Positions 21,401 through 31,774 of a DNA stretch of 64,000 bases are shown here, in pieces (position 1 is the first letter of the stretch; each line of letters opens with the position of its first letter). The translations under genes and the position numbers were made by a program. Location: contig CAZBTX010000001.1 in the NCBI GenBank assembly GCA_964494945.1, positions 67,088-131,087 of the forward strand. The letters run 5' to 3'. Source of the stretch: an uncultured Candidatus Saccharibacteria bacterium. Lineage in GTDB: Bacteria > Patescibacteriota > Minisyncoccia > Sungbacterales > JACQCQ01. The notes under the pieces were generated by a model, which saw only the letters and a program-made list of their open reading frames with translations, made no database searches and had not been told where the DNA came from.

Positions 21401-21691
21401 GGTGCGTTTGTTGGTCAATTTTGCCGTAACGCGCAACGCCGCTTCAAACGAAAGGTTGCGGCTTTTGGCTTCGGCTTCCGCGTATTTCGGCTCGTCCAGA
21501 TAATAGTCCAGAAATTCCAGAGAAAGCTCTTTGGCGGTATAGTCGTGGATCGGCGAGATCTCGTTAAAAAGCTCCCTTAAGCCCTTCTTGAAGAACCAAT
21601 TATACGAATTTAATTGAACTTCCGAGAGTAGCGGAAGCTCTATCAATGGTTTTCTATAACGGGAGAAGTATTTCTTGGGTAATTTTTCCAT
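18455..21691 (-). CDS. rpoB: DNA-directed RNA polymerase subunit beta (compact, 1078 aa)
   Basis: Conserved beta-subunit blocks, e.g. GRHGNKGV and NFPIMTPRGTFVVNGVERVVVSQL-like segments. Confidence 0.95.
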   Translation of the reverse strand: MEKLPKKYFSRYRKPLIELPLLSEVQLNSYNWFFKKGLRELFNEISPIHDYTAKELSLEFLDYYLDEPKYAEAEAKSRNLSFEAALRVTAKLTNKRTGEVKEQEIYLGDFPIMTPRGTFVVNGVERVVVSQLIRSSGVYFTMNQTRGRKLYGAKIIPNRGAWLEFETETDGTIIAKIDRRRKIPITSLLRVFGAADTVFIEDSFKDIDTGEINHIKKTLEKDQTKNRDEAYIEVYKRIRPGDLATVDNARALIDSMFSFERYDLAEVGRYKFNQRLGLSKKDYTKEEYRVLTLEDLIAVIREIINLNNKQEAAADDIDALGNRRVRGVGELMQQKLRIGIARMSRIIRDRMSTLDIYTLTPAQLINARPFIASLKEFFTSSQLSQFMDQTNPLSELEHERLLSALGPGGLARERAGFEVRDVHPTHYGRICPIHTPEGPNIGLVVRLAGYARINELGLIETPYVKVENARLTDKIVYMNASQEAQYVIAHASTEVRDGLIVEPRVEVRIAGQPTTVDKEKVEWMDVSSQQSISIATSLIPFLEHDDANRAMMGSNMQKQAVPLVVPELPFVSTGVEARSAKDSGRVLLAEEEGEVTEADASHIVVKNHKTTKPVKHQLNSFLRSNQGTTVRQKVRVKRGDKVFGGEVLADSSSTDHGELALGKNLVVAFLSWGGFNYEDAIIINERLVHEDTFTSVHIEDYSIAVRDTKLGPEVTSADIPNVGETALRNLDESGVVRIGSEVRSQDILVGKITPKGEADLTPEERLLRAIFGEKAKDVKDTSLRLPHGKRGRVVGIQEFSRELGDKLESGVIKQVQVEVAQLRKIAVGDKLAGRHGNKGVISRILPEEDMPHLADGTPVDIILNPLGVASRMNIGQILETHLGWAAKHLGYQAITPALAGAAELEIKEELKKAGLSEDGKVKLFDGRTGESFSQKVTVGCIYMLKLNHLVEDKIHMRSIGPYSLITQQPLGGKAQFGGQRFGEMEVWALEGYGAAYTLQEMLTIKSDDVQGRSATYEAIINGEKIQAPNLPASFNVLVNELKGLALDVDLIEKKEEIIPDIESVRSKDASVKERMVSK

Positions 21692-22021
21692 CCTTCGCTA
21701 CCTCGCTTCGCTCGGAGCTACGGATGGCACAGCCATTTGGGGACATGATTCGCGGGTATAAACCCTGCGGATGATGTCATCCGAAGCTTTAGCGAAGGAG
21801 GACTATTTACTAATACTTAGTTAAAGCCGCAACTTGAAACACACGCGCAAATAAAACACAAACGAAAAGTCCCTCCGTTAGATTAGGGATTCCGCTAATT
21901 TTTGCGATTGCCTAGTAAGTTCGCAAAATAATTATCTTATAATACTTGTCTACCCCCTCCCTCGCCCTCAACGGGTGAGAAAATTGATATTGGGTTTAGT
22001 ATACTCGTCCTAAAGAGTATG

Positions 22022-23116
22022 TCAAGAGCTACCCTTCTTGGGTAAATTAGAATAGCCCAGTGCGATATCTTGTTCTACTATCTCTCCGGGATGGAAAATG
22101 TATTCTCCTTTTTCTCCGATATCTGTTCTGGTACCAATCGCATGTGCGACATCAGGTGTTGCTGGAGAAAAAAGTACACTGGTTTCGTCTAGGGGGAGTT
22201 CTGTAATCCGAACATTCGGTATACCAACATCAAGAACCCCTTTCTGAATCTTCCCCCACGCTTTAGTCAGACGCGGTCTTCCATAAGTGTCATTTGCTTG
22301 TTCATTGGGAGCGTTCACGATTAAAGTCGCGGAAATTTGTTCTTTTGGGATATTGGGCGGCAGTTGCTCGAGAATTCTCGCCACATTCCCTTTTATCATC
22401 TCGTCGGCATTTCCATAACGGTGGTAATAATAACCAAGAGCGCCGGAAGAAGTCATATGAACTACATATCTAAAACCTGGGCCTTCCAGAAATAGGCATA
22501 CGCACCCGGATAGTCGTTCTGTAACAACTTCTCTATTTTCAGGTACAATCGCTCCCGTACCGGTACGGACAATCATTATTCTTTTGTTCTCAATATCCAT
22601 AAGGGCATTTTTGATGTCACCGCGTTGGCCAGAGGTTTCGTAGTCGCCAACGGCAAGATGCAATTCAATGTTCCCATAACCCTCGCGCATTAGCTCTCTC
22701 GCGGATTTAATTGGCGAATGTTCAATTTCTTCAAACATTACGTAGATGCCGAGCGTGATGCATGCAGTTACGGCAAGCAACACGCCGATCGCGATCGCAA
22801 ATGCCGGCTTCTTGCTGTGAAGCCAGCCAAGAAATGCGACCACTCCGACCACCGCCGCGATCGCAGTGATCCAGCTGACGGCTAGCCAGAAGTTCGGCGA
22901 GTACCAGAGGTAGGTTCCCTGGTATGCCAGCCAGACGAGGCCTGCGGCTGGGATGATCAGTAGGATCGCACCCTTGGTCTCGATGATTCCGATTACCAGG
23001 AACACAATCAACCCGATCGCTAACAGCCCGAGACCGACGACCGGAAACTCCCAAGCTAGTACGAGAAGGAGTAACAGGAAGAAAAGGGTCATCTTGCCCT
23101 CCTGGGCTTTCTGCAC
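22022..23116 (-). CDS. Membrane protein of unknown function: four predicted N-terminal TM helices plus a ~230-aa soluble C-terminal domain. Co-directional and downstream of lemA.
   Basis: Hydrophobic helices in the first ~130 aa. No recognisable catalytic motif. Confidence 0.4.
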   Translation of the reverse strand: MQKAQEGKMTLFFLLLLLVLAWEFPVVGLGLLAIGLIVFLVIGIIETKGAILLIIPAAGLVWLAYQGTYLWYSPNFWLAVSWITAIAAVVGVVAFLGWLHSKKPAFAIAIGVLLAVTACITLGIYVMFEEIEHSPIKSARELMREGYGNIELHLAVGDYETSGQRGDIKNALMDIENKRIMIVRTGTGAIVPENREVVTERLSGCVCLFLEGPGFRYVVHMTSSGALGYYYHRYGNADEMIKGNVARILEQLPPNIPKEQISATLIVNAPNEQANDTYGRPRLTKAWGKIQKGVLDVGIPNVRITELPLDETSVLFSPATPDVAHAIGTRTDIGEKGEYIFHPGEIVEQDIALGYSNLPKKGSS

Positions 23117-23308
23117 CGACTTTGTTCATCAGGCGCGGTGCCGCCTTGTATCGCCAGCGAACTCCGTCATGGAATTCGTCTCGCGACAACAGAAAAAGAG
23201 TCAATTTTCAGTTCCTTTTCTATTGCCGCGAGTATATAAAGGTACAAAAATAAGATAGCACATCAAGTGTTATCTGTCAAGCGCGCCCGGGTGTGAAGTC
23301 CTAGGTCC

Positions 23309-23860
23309 CTAGAATTTTACCTGTGGCAAGGCCTTATCGCCCTCATCCGCGTCAAAGAAGGTTTTCTTTTGAAAACCAAAAGTGCCTGCCATTAAATTCG
23401 TGGGGAATGAGTCAATTTTAGTGTTCAGAACCAGAACGTTGGAATTATAGAACCTGCGAGCGGCTTGGATCTTATTTTCGGCGTCTGCCAGTTCACGCTG
23501 GAGGTCTAAAAAATTGGCATTGGCCTTCAGGTCAGGGTAATTTTCGGCCACGGCAAAAAGTGTCTTTAATGTATTGGAAAGAACGCTCTCTGCCTGCCCT
23601 AGAGATTTTGGGTCTTTCGCCCCCATGGCGCGGGTTCTCGCTTCAGTCACTTTTTGAAAAACACCGGATTCGTGCGCGGCGTATCCTTTGACCGTTTCCA
23701 CCACGTTCGGTATCAGGTCATGCCGACGTTTTAATTGCACCTCAATATCCGACCATGCTTCATCGGCACGATTCCGCGCCAACACTAAACTGTTATAGGC
23801 CCAGATGAGCCATAAAATAATAAAAGCCGCAATCCCGAGAATAATATAGATAATGTTCAT
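23309..23860 (-). CDS. lemA: LemA family protein
   Basis: N-terminal TM plus the LemA core AWSDIEVQLKRRHDLIPNVVETVKGYAAHE...LFAVAENYPDLKANANFLDLQRELADAENKIQAARRFYN. Confidence 0.85.
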   Translation of the reverse strand: MNIIYIILGIAAFIILWLIWAYNSLVLARNRADEAWSDIEVQLKRRHDLIPNVVETVKGYAAHESGVFQKVTEARTRAMGAKDPKSLGQAESVLSNTLKTLFAVAENYPDLKANANFLDLQRELADAENKIQAARRFYNSNVLVLNTKIDSFPTNLMAGTFGFQKKTFFDADEGDKALPQVKF

Positions 23861-23874
23861 ACCAATTCCAGTAT

Positions 23875-24006
23875 ATCAAACCGGCATTAAAATTCCTAAT
23901 TTCTAATGCTCAATTCCTAATCAAATCCAAATACCCAATGACCAATTTAAGAATTTGGACATTAGTCATTGATTAGAAATTATGAATTAGACATTAGAAA
24001 TTCCGC
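23875..24006. repeat. AT-rich palindromic spacer element, same family as 9985-10100
   Basis: attagtcattgattagaaatt (23963-23983) is the exact reverse complement of 10001-10021. Arms aatttctaatg / cattagaaatt. Confidence 0.7.
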
Positions 24007-25761
<1,755 letters not shown>

Positions 25762-25771
25762 TTACTTGTCG

Positions 25772-26080
25772 CTACTCCACTATCGCGACTATGTCGTCTT
25801 CTTTGGCAATTAAGTATTCTTTGCCGTCAATTTTCACTTCTTGCGGGCCATACTTGGTAAAAAGCACGATATCGCCCTTTTTAACGCCGACAGGAATGTG
25901 TTTTCCGCTCTCGTCAATCTTGCCTGAGCCAACGGCAATAACTTTGCCTTTTTCCGGTCGTTCTTTAGAGGCGGTTTCGGGCAGATAAAGTCCGGATTGG
26001 GTCTTGCCGCCCTTATGTTCGCCGAGGGGCTCAATTAATACTCTGTCTCCTAGTGGTCTCACGTTCATAAAAGCTAACAT
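25772..26080 (-). CDS. groS: Co-chaperonin GroES
   Basis: MNVRPLGDRVLIEP...GKIDESGKHIPVGVKKGDIVLF pattern. Confidence 0.95.
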   Translation of the reverse strand: MLAFMNVRPLGDRVLIEPLGEHKGGKTQSGLYLPETASKERPEKGKVIAVGSGKIDESGKHIPVGVKKGDIVLFTKYGPQEVKIDGKEYLIAKEDDIVAIVE

Positions 26081-26152
26081 TTAGCAATTAAATATTCCGA
26101 GTGCTAATTTTAATCAATCTTTATTTCTTAGTCAAGATGGCAAAATAATTGT

Positions 26153-26182
26153 GGACACGGCCCCGCTCTCGGGGCCGTGTCC
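26153..26182. terminator. Perfect 12-bp-stem hairpin ggacacggcccc-gctctc-ggggccgtgtcc downstream of the 26196-26513 ORF (minus strand)
   Basis: Seen in sequence. A T-rich tract follows on the minus strand. Confidence 0.7.
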
Positions 26183-26195
26183 AGTCCAGCTCGCG

Positions 26196-26513
26196 TTAGA
26201 CGCCGACTTCGGCGCGTTTTCTCCGACCCTGGGCGCATATTCCGCAAACTCCAGCCGCGAGTCCGCTACGGAAATCCCGCGTGAACCTCTTAAGACGCTC
26301 CACGACTTTAGGATCCGCTGCCCCCTTCATTCGCGAGTTGTAGCTGTCGCGAAACCAGAAGTTCATGGCGATGACCGCATCGCCGCAACAGAGCACACTG
26401 TTTTCGTCCAGTCCCCGCTGGCGCAGAAAGACGCGGAACTCATCTTCCAGGATCTGCCACAGTTCCGGGAATTCCTTCAGCATTTTTTCCCGAACGTCGC
26501 CGAAAGTCGGCAC
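26196..26513 (-). CDS. Hypothetical 105-aa protein. High-GC (~58%) insert between uvrA and groES.
   Basis: ORF fits exactly between the uvrA stop and the terminator. Composition is atypical for the window. No motif recognised. Confidence 0.45.
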   Translation of the reverse strand: MPTFGDVREKMLKEFPELWQILEDEFRVFLRQRGLDENSVLCCGDAVIAMNFWFRDSYNSRMKGAADPKVVERLKRFTRDFRSGLAAGVCGICAQGRRKRAEVGV

Positions 26514-26524
26514 GCCGCACCCCC

Positions 26525-29416
26525 TTATGAAGCGGTCTTTTTAAGCCACTGGCCGGTGTATGATTTTGTGGAAAGTACTATATCACGAACCGTACCTTCC
26601 GCAACTATCTTGCCGCCACCCGCTCCTCCTTCCGGCCCCAGATCAATTATCCAATCGCTATTTTTTATCACGTCCAAGTTATGCTCTATCACAAGCACCG
26701 TATTGCCTTTTTCTACCAAGGCATGGAGAACCGAAAGCAATTTGCGGATGTCTTCAAAATGAAGGCCCGTTGTCGGCTCATCTAAAATGTAAAATGTTTT
26801 GCCCGTGTCGCGGCGCGATAGTTCGGCGGCTAATTTTATGCGTTGGGCCTCGCCGCCGGAAAGTGTGGTGGCCGCTTGCCCCAGCTTTACGTATGAAAGG
26901 CCGACGTCGGAAAGTGTTCTTAATTTTTGTTTAATGCCGGGAATGGCTTCAAAGAATTTGAAGGCCTCCTCTACCGTTAAATCTAAAACATCCGCGATGG
27001 TCTTATTGTTGTAATGGATCTCCAGCGCTTCGCGGGAATATCGCCTGCCGCGGCATTCTTCGCACTCCACGTAAACATCCGGCAGAAAATACATTTCTAT
27101 TTTTTTAACGCCCTGCCCTTCGCACATCTCGCACCGGCCGCCCTTGACGTTGAATGAGAACCGGCCCGAGGCATACCCCCTGGCTCTGGCCTCCGGGGTT
27201 TTGGCAAATATATCGCGTATCAATCCAAACATGCCCGTATAAGTGGCCGGATTTGACCTCGGAGTTCTGCCTATGGGCGACTGGTCCACCACCACGACCT
27301 TATCCAAGTGTTCCAGGCCGGCAACTATGTCATGCGCTCCGGGAATCACGTGTGTTTTGTAAAGCTTGGCTAAAAGAGCCTTGGCTAAAATGTCGTTGAT
27401 AAGAGTGGACTTACCGGAACCGGATACTCCCGAGACCGCGACGAATTTGCCGAGCGGGATCTTGACATCAATATTTTTTAAGTTGTGCTCGCGAGCGCCC
27501 ACGATTTCCAGGTATTGGCCGCTCCCTTTTCGTTCCGGGTGTTTGATGTGAACTTCTTTACGCCCCGCCAGATAATCGGCCGTCAATGTTTTGGATTTTG
27601 TCAGTGATTTAAAATTCCCGGTGAAAATCACCTCACCCCCATGTTTGCCCGCCCCCGGCCCCATATCAATAATACAGTCGGCCTCACGCATGGTTTCCGC
27701 GTCGTGCTCCACCACGATGACGGTATTCCCCAAGTCGCGAAGTTCTTTTAGGGTTTGGATAAGCATGTGATGGTCTCTCGCGTGAAGTCCTATGGATGGC
27801 TCATCCAGAACATAAATAACCCCCGTGAGACGCGAGCCTATTTGTGTTGCCAAGCGTATGCGCTGGGCCTCGCCGCCGGCCAAAGTCGTGGATTCGCGGC
27901 TGATGGTCAAATAATGCAGTCCCACGTTCATTAAAAATTGGAGTCGCTTGGTTATTTCTCGCGTCAATGGAACGGCAATCTTGTTATCGTTCACGGTCAA
28001 ACTTCCGGCCAAATCGCTAAAAAATTCCAGCGCTTCTTCCACCGTAAACTCCGAGATCTCTGCGATATTCCGCTCGGCTACCGTGATTCCTAGGGCTTCC
28101 GGTTTTAAACGGCGCCCATCGCAGGCCGGGCATCTGGCGATAAGCATGTACTTTTCAATTTCGGCCCGCGTCCATTCCGAATCAGTTTCTTTCCAGCGGC
28201 GTTTTAAGTTCGGCGCCACGCCTTCAAATCTTGATTTGTCGTCATCCGCGTATTTCCTTTCGCCGTTTAATATCAATTCAACTATATTCTTGGATAAATC
28301 TTTTACGGGCGTGTTAAGTGAAAATTTATGCCGAGACGCCAGATCCTCCAGCATCCACCAATACCATGACTGCCTTCCTACGCGGTGCGAAGCGTGCGAC
28401 CAGGGCGCTATAGCGCCTTCGGCAAGCGTCAGGCGCGGATTGGGGAATACCAACTTGGGGTCAACTTCTAAAGTTGAACCAAGCCCCGTACATGACGCGC
28501 AAGCGCCGTAAGGACTGTTAAACGAAAAAGTACGCGGCTCTATTTCCGGCAAGTTGATGCCGCAATCGGGACAAGCGAAGTACTCGCTGAAAAATTTATC
28601 TTCGTGTTCGCCTTTTTTGGGCGCGTTTTTAGACATAACAAGCAGACCCTTCCCAATTTTCAAAGCCGTTTCCACGGAATCCACAATCCTGGAGCGTTCC
28701 AGCCCGCGGCCGATCTCTATGCGATCCACCACGGCTTCAATGGAATGCTTTTTTTGCTTATCAATGGGAAGCTCCATAGCTTCTTCTAGACGATGCACCA
28801 CGCCGTCAATACGCGCTCTTACAAATCCAGCGCGCGTTATTTCTTCCAATATTCCTTTGTGCTCGCCTTTTTTGCCGCGAATTACGGGAGCCAGTATCTG
28901 AATTTCCGTGCCGCGTTTTTCTTTTAAAATATGGTCAACTATTTGCGAGACGGTTTGCTTGCCTATCGGCTTTCCGCAATTAGGGCAATGGGCTTTGCCG
29001 ATGCGCGCGAATATTATTCTTAGATGATCATAAATCTCGGTGATGGTGCCGACCGTGGAGCGCGGATTTCGCGGCACGCTTTTTTGGTCAATGGCGATGG
29101 AGGGCGAAAGCCCTTCCATGGACTCCACGTCGGGTTTGTCGGATACGCCGAGGAACTGGCGCGCGTAAGCCGATAACGACTCCACATATCTTCTTTCGGC
29201 CTCGGCGTAAATAGTATCAAAGGCCAGCGAGGACTTCCCCGAGCCGGAAAGTCCAGTGATGACTACTAATTTATTTTTAGGAATGTCAACGTCAATATTC
29301 TTTAAATTATGAACTCTAGCCCCGCGAATACGAATAAAATCGTGCGAATCTTTTTTATTTAGTTTGTAGCGGAGGCGCGCGGACATACGAGTTTTAAATT
29401 GTACCCCCAGTGTCAA
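26525..29416 (-). CDS. uvrA: Excinuclease ABC subunit A
   Basis: Two ABC ATPase modules ([20 protein letters not shown]), LSGGEAQR signatures, zinc-finger cysteines. Confidence 0.95.
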   Translation of the reverse strand: MTLGVQFKTRMSARLRYKLNKKDSHDFIRIRGARVHNLKNIDVDIPKNKLVVITGLSGSGKSSLAFDTIYAEAERRYVESLSAYARQFLGVSDKPDVESMEGLSPSIAIDQKSVPRNPRSTVGTITEIYDHLRIIFARIGKAHCPNCGKPIGKQTVSQIVDHILKEKRGTEIQILAPVIRGKKGEHKGILEEITRAGFVRARIDGVVHRLEEAMELPIDKQKKHSIEAVVDRIEIGRGLERSRIVDSVETALKIGKGLLVMSKNAPKKGEHEDKFFSEYFACPDCGINLPEIEPRTFSFNSPYGACASCTGLGSTLEVDPKLVFPNPRLTLAEGAIAPWSHASHRVGRQSWYWWMLEDLASRHKFSLNTPVKDLSKNIVELILNGERKYADDDKSRFEGVAPNLKRRWKETDSEWTRAEIEKYMLIARCPACDGRRLKPEALGITVAERNIAEISEFTVEEALEFFSDLAGSLTVNDNKIAVPLTREITKRLQFLMNVGLHYLTISRESTTLAGGEAQRIRLATQIGSRLTGVIYVLDEPSIGLHARDHHMLIQTLKELRDLGNTVIVVEHDAETMREADCIIDMGPGAGKHGGEVIFTGNFKSLTKSKTLTADYLAGRKEVHIKHPERKGSGQYLEIVGAREHNLKNIDVKIPLGKFVAVSGVSGSGKSTLINDILAKALLAKLYKTHVIPGAHDIVAGLEHLDKVVVVDQSPIGRTPRSNPATYTGMFGLIRDIFAKTPEARARGYASGRFSFNVKGGRCEMCEGQGVKKIEMYFLPDVYVECEECRGRRYSREALEIHYNNKTIADVLDLTVEEAFKFFEAIPGIKQKLRTLSDVGLSYVKLGQAATTLSGGEAQRIKLAAELSRRDTGKTFYILDEPTTGLHFEDIRKLLSVLHALVEKGNTVLVIEHNLDVIKNSDWIIDLGPEGGAGGGKIVAEGTVRDIVLSTKSYTGQWLKKTAS

Positions 29417-29485
29417 TAAAAATCAAGGTATTGGGGGTCTTTTGTCTGGCGTGTTTAAGACCATATACTAGGCACATATCAAAGT

Positions 29486-30847
29486 ATGCTGAAAAAGCCA
29501 AAAAATACCCCCACTTATCCCGGCGTTTATATTTTCTGGAAAGGACATGCGCCGCTTTACGTCGGCAAAGCCACTAATCTAAAAAAGCGGGTTTCTTCGT
29601 ATTTCAAAAAAAATGCCGGTTGGAAGGTAGCCCAACTTATAGAAGAAGCTACGCAACTTGAATTCATTAAAGCCGAATCAGAAATTGAAGCGCTGGTGAA
29701 AGAAGCCGAACTCATAAAAAAATATTATCCCAAGTTCAACATTTTAATGCGGGATGATAAAAATTATCTTTACGTTTCGCTCACAAGCCCCCAGAACAAA
29801 CGTTCTAATGTTCTTAAGAACCTAAGAACGTTTGTGACGAGCGGAGAAGCGGGATTCCCCAGGTTTTATTTCACTCATCAGCCGGAGCGCGACATTATAA
29901 GCGTGGGGCCGTTCGTGGAGTCGGGAAGCGTCTATCAGGCCATGAGATTGCTCCGGTCCATATTCCCTTATTGCACTTGCAAGTCTCCGCATAATGGGCG
30001 ATGCGTCAACGCTCAAATTGGTAGGTGCCCCGGTTACTGCTGTATCAAAGGAGAAACGCCGACATCGGAACAAAAAGCTGAATATCTGCATAATGTCCGT
30101 TCAATTCTTTCCATTTTTTCCGGCAAACGAAATTCTTTGTTGAAAGAATTCAAACGCGAGATGAAACGCGCCTCCCAAAATCAAGAATATGAGAAGGCCG
30201 CGAAACTCCGTGACCGTATCTACGGCCTGGAATTAATTTGGAAACACCGCGGGGTGGCTTTGCAAAAACGAGCGGAAGTGCCTTACCGAAAAATAGAACG
30301 CGTATTGCAAACGATTTTAAAGACCAGAGAACCCATCCGCCGCATTGAGGGCTATGATATCTCAAATATTTCCGGCACGGATGCTACGGGTTCCATGGTC
30401 GTATTTTACGAGGGACGTCCGGATAAATCCCAATACCGCAAATTCAAAATAAAGACGATCGCAGGCGCCAACGACGTCGGCTCGCATCGTGAAATACTCT
30501 CGCGCCGCCTTGCGCACGAAGAATGGGAATATCCAGACCTAATACTAATTGACGGCGGCAAGCCACAATTAAATGCTGTTCTCCCGATTTTAAATAGAAG
30601 GTCGTTCCAAAAAATAAAAGTAGCGGCGCTTGCCAAACCGCCGCGCCGCTATTTCTCCCGCGCTCCATCCGGTCTAGGATATAATGAAGATATTCTTTGG
30701 GTTGCCGGCCGCGAGAACCCAATTAAATTAAAGTCGCTGCCTTCCGAAGTCATGTATCTCTTACAAAGAATACGGGATGAATCCCACCGATTTGCCAAAT
30801 CGTATCACGGGGTTTTGCGTAAAAAAACATTTTCAAGATCGCGTTAA
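29486..30847 (+). CDS. uvrC: Excinuclease ABC subunit C-like protein. Short form (453 aa): GIY-YIG N-terminus, no C-terminal helix-hairpin-helix region.
   Basis: GVYIFWKGHAPLYVGKATNLKKRVSSYF is a GIY-YIG motif. Placement is divergent from uvrA. Confidence 0.75.
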   Translation: MLKKPKNTPTYPGVYIFWKGHAPLYVGKATNLKKRVSSYFKKNAGWKVAQLIEEATQLEFIKAESEIEALVKEAELIKKYYPKFNILMRDDKNYLYVSLTSPQNKRSNVLKNLRTFVTSGEAGFPRFYFTHQPERDIISVGPFVESGSVYQAMRLLRSIFPYCTCKSPHNGRCVNAQIGRCPGYCCIKGETPTSEQKAEYLHNVRSILSIFSGKRNSLLKEFKREMKRASQNQEYEKAAKLRDRIYGLELIWKHRGVALQKRAEVPYRKIERVLQTILKTREPIRRIEGYDISNISGTDATGSMVVFYEGRPDKSQYRKFKIKTIAGANDVGSHREILSRRLAHEEWEYPDLILIDGGKPQLNAVLPILNRRSFQKIKVAALAKPPRRYFSRAPSGLGYNEDILWVAGRENPIKLKSLPSEVMYLLQRIRDESHRFAKSYHGVLRKKTFSRSR

Positions 30848-31116
30848 CGCCAAATTATATCATACCGTAAAGTATGATATAATTGGGTATAAAGTTTGAG
30901 CTATGAAACGCACCGTAAAATCCGAACGGCGGGAAAAGAAGAAAAAACGTCATTTAAAACGTCAATCCGGCAGGGGCGTTTTCTTGCTGGCTAAAATTAT
31001 ACGCGCTAAGAAATAATTGATCTCGTTAGAGATAGGAAATGACAGTCATTTCCGTCCGGCACTTCTTTAGTTTGAGGATATAACTTTGATTAAGGATGGT
31101 ATGATACAGTTTCAGC

Positions 31117-31527
31117 ATGGCGCCAGCATCTCTAACGGGGTTGACTGGTACCCATCTTTCGGTTATTCTTATAGAGCCAGAACCTACCCCCATGGGGCTA
31201 ATCTCTAAATTGATAGCAAGGGTTGCGCTGAATGCCGCCGTCATATACGGTATTGCGTATTACTTGCCCGGATTCCAAATTTCAGGCGGCACTAAAGGGC
31301 TGATACTCGCCGCTTTAGTGGTGGCACTGGCGCATTTTATCTTGCGCCCCATTTTAAAACTCATTTCCTTCCCGCTTCTAATCTTCACTTTCGGGTTTTT
31401 CAACATAGTCATTAATTTTTTCCTGTTATGGGCGGCCGATGCTTACTCAACCGCGCTAACCATTGCCGACTTGAAAACTCTATTTATTTCATCTATCATC
31501 ATTGGGTTCATAAACTCAATTTTCTAA
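31117..31527 (+). CDS. Small multi-TM membrane protein, DUF360 / phage-holin-4-like. Likely true start about 31192 (MGLISKL).
   Basis: Three or four hydrophobic helices. Resembles the YvlD/DUF360 family. Confidence 0.4.
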   Translation: MAPASLTGLTGTHLSVILIEPEPTPMGLISKLIARVALNAAVIYGIAYYLPGFQISGGTKGLILAALVVALAHFILRPILKLISFPLLIFTFGFFNIVINFFLLWAADAYSTALTIADLKTLFISSIIIGFINSIF

Positions 31528-31533
31528 GTATCC

Positions 31534-31761
31534 ATGCAATTGATAAGATCATTTTTGCCCATATTTCAGATTGTTGTGTCAATCCTTCTTACGGTTTTTA
31601 TTCTTCTGCAGCAGCGCGGCACGGGTCTTTCCGCCACCTTCGGCGGCGACGGAAACGTTTATCGCACCAAGCGCGGTTTGGAAAAGATCATCTTTTACGT
31701 AACCATGGTTTTGGTAGTACTTCTTTTAGCTTCAGCCATGGCCACTACTATTCTTCAATAA
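31534..31761 (+). CDS. secG: Preprotein translocase subunit SecG
   Basis: Two TM helices with the LLQQRGTGLSATFGG loop motif. Confidence 0.8.
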   Translation: MQLIRSFLPIFQIVVSILLTVFILLQQRGTGLSATFGGDGNVYRTKRGLEKIIFYVTMVLVVLLLASAMATTILQ

Positions 31762-31774
31762 ATCTAAAAATATA

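Noticed and set aside
21050-21580. Plus-strand 176-aa ORF inside rpoB
   Set aside because: Antisense to the highly conserved rpoB frame.
26151-26762. Plus-strand 203-aa ORF overlapping the small high-GC ORF and the uvrA 3' end
   Set aside because: It runs antisense into the well-supported uvrA reading frame. A high-GC segment inflates spurious ORF length.
30903-31016. 37-aa very basic ORF (MKRTVKSERREKKKKRHLKRQSGRGVFLLAKIIRAKK) with faint bL34-like character
   Set aside because: No clear SD. It is shorter than L34 and lacks its HGFRARM core. Left as an unannotated small-ORF candidate only.
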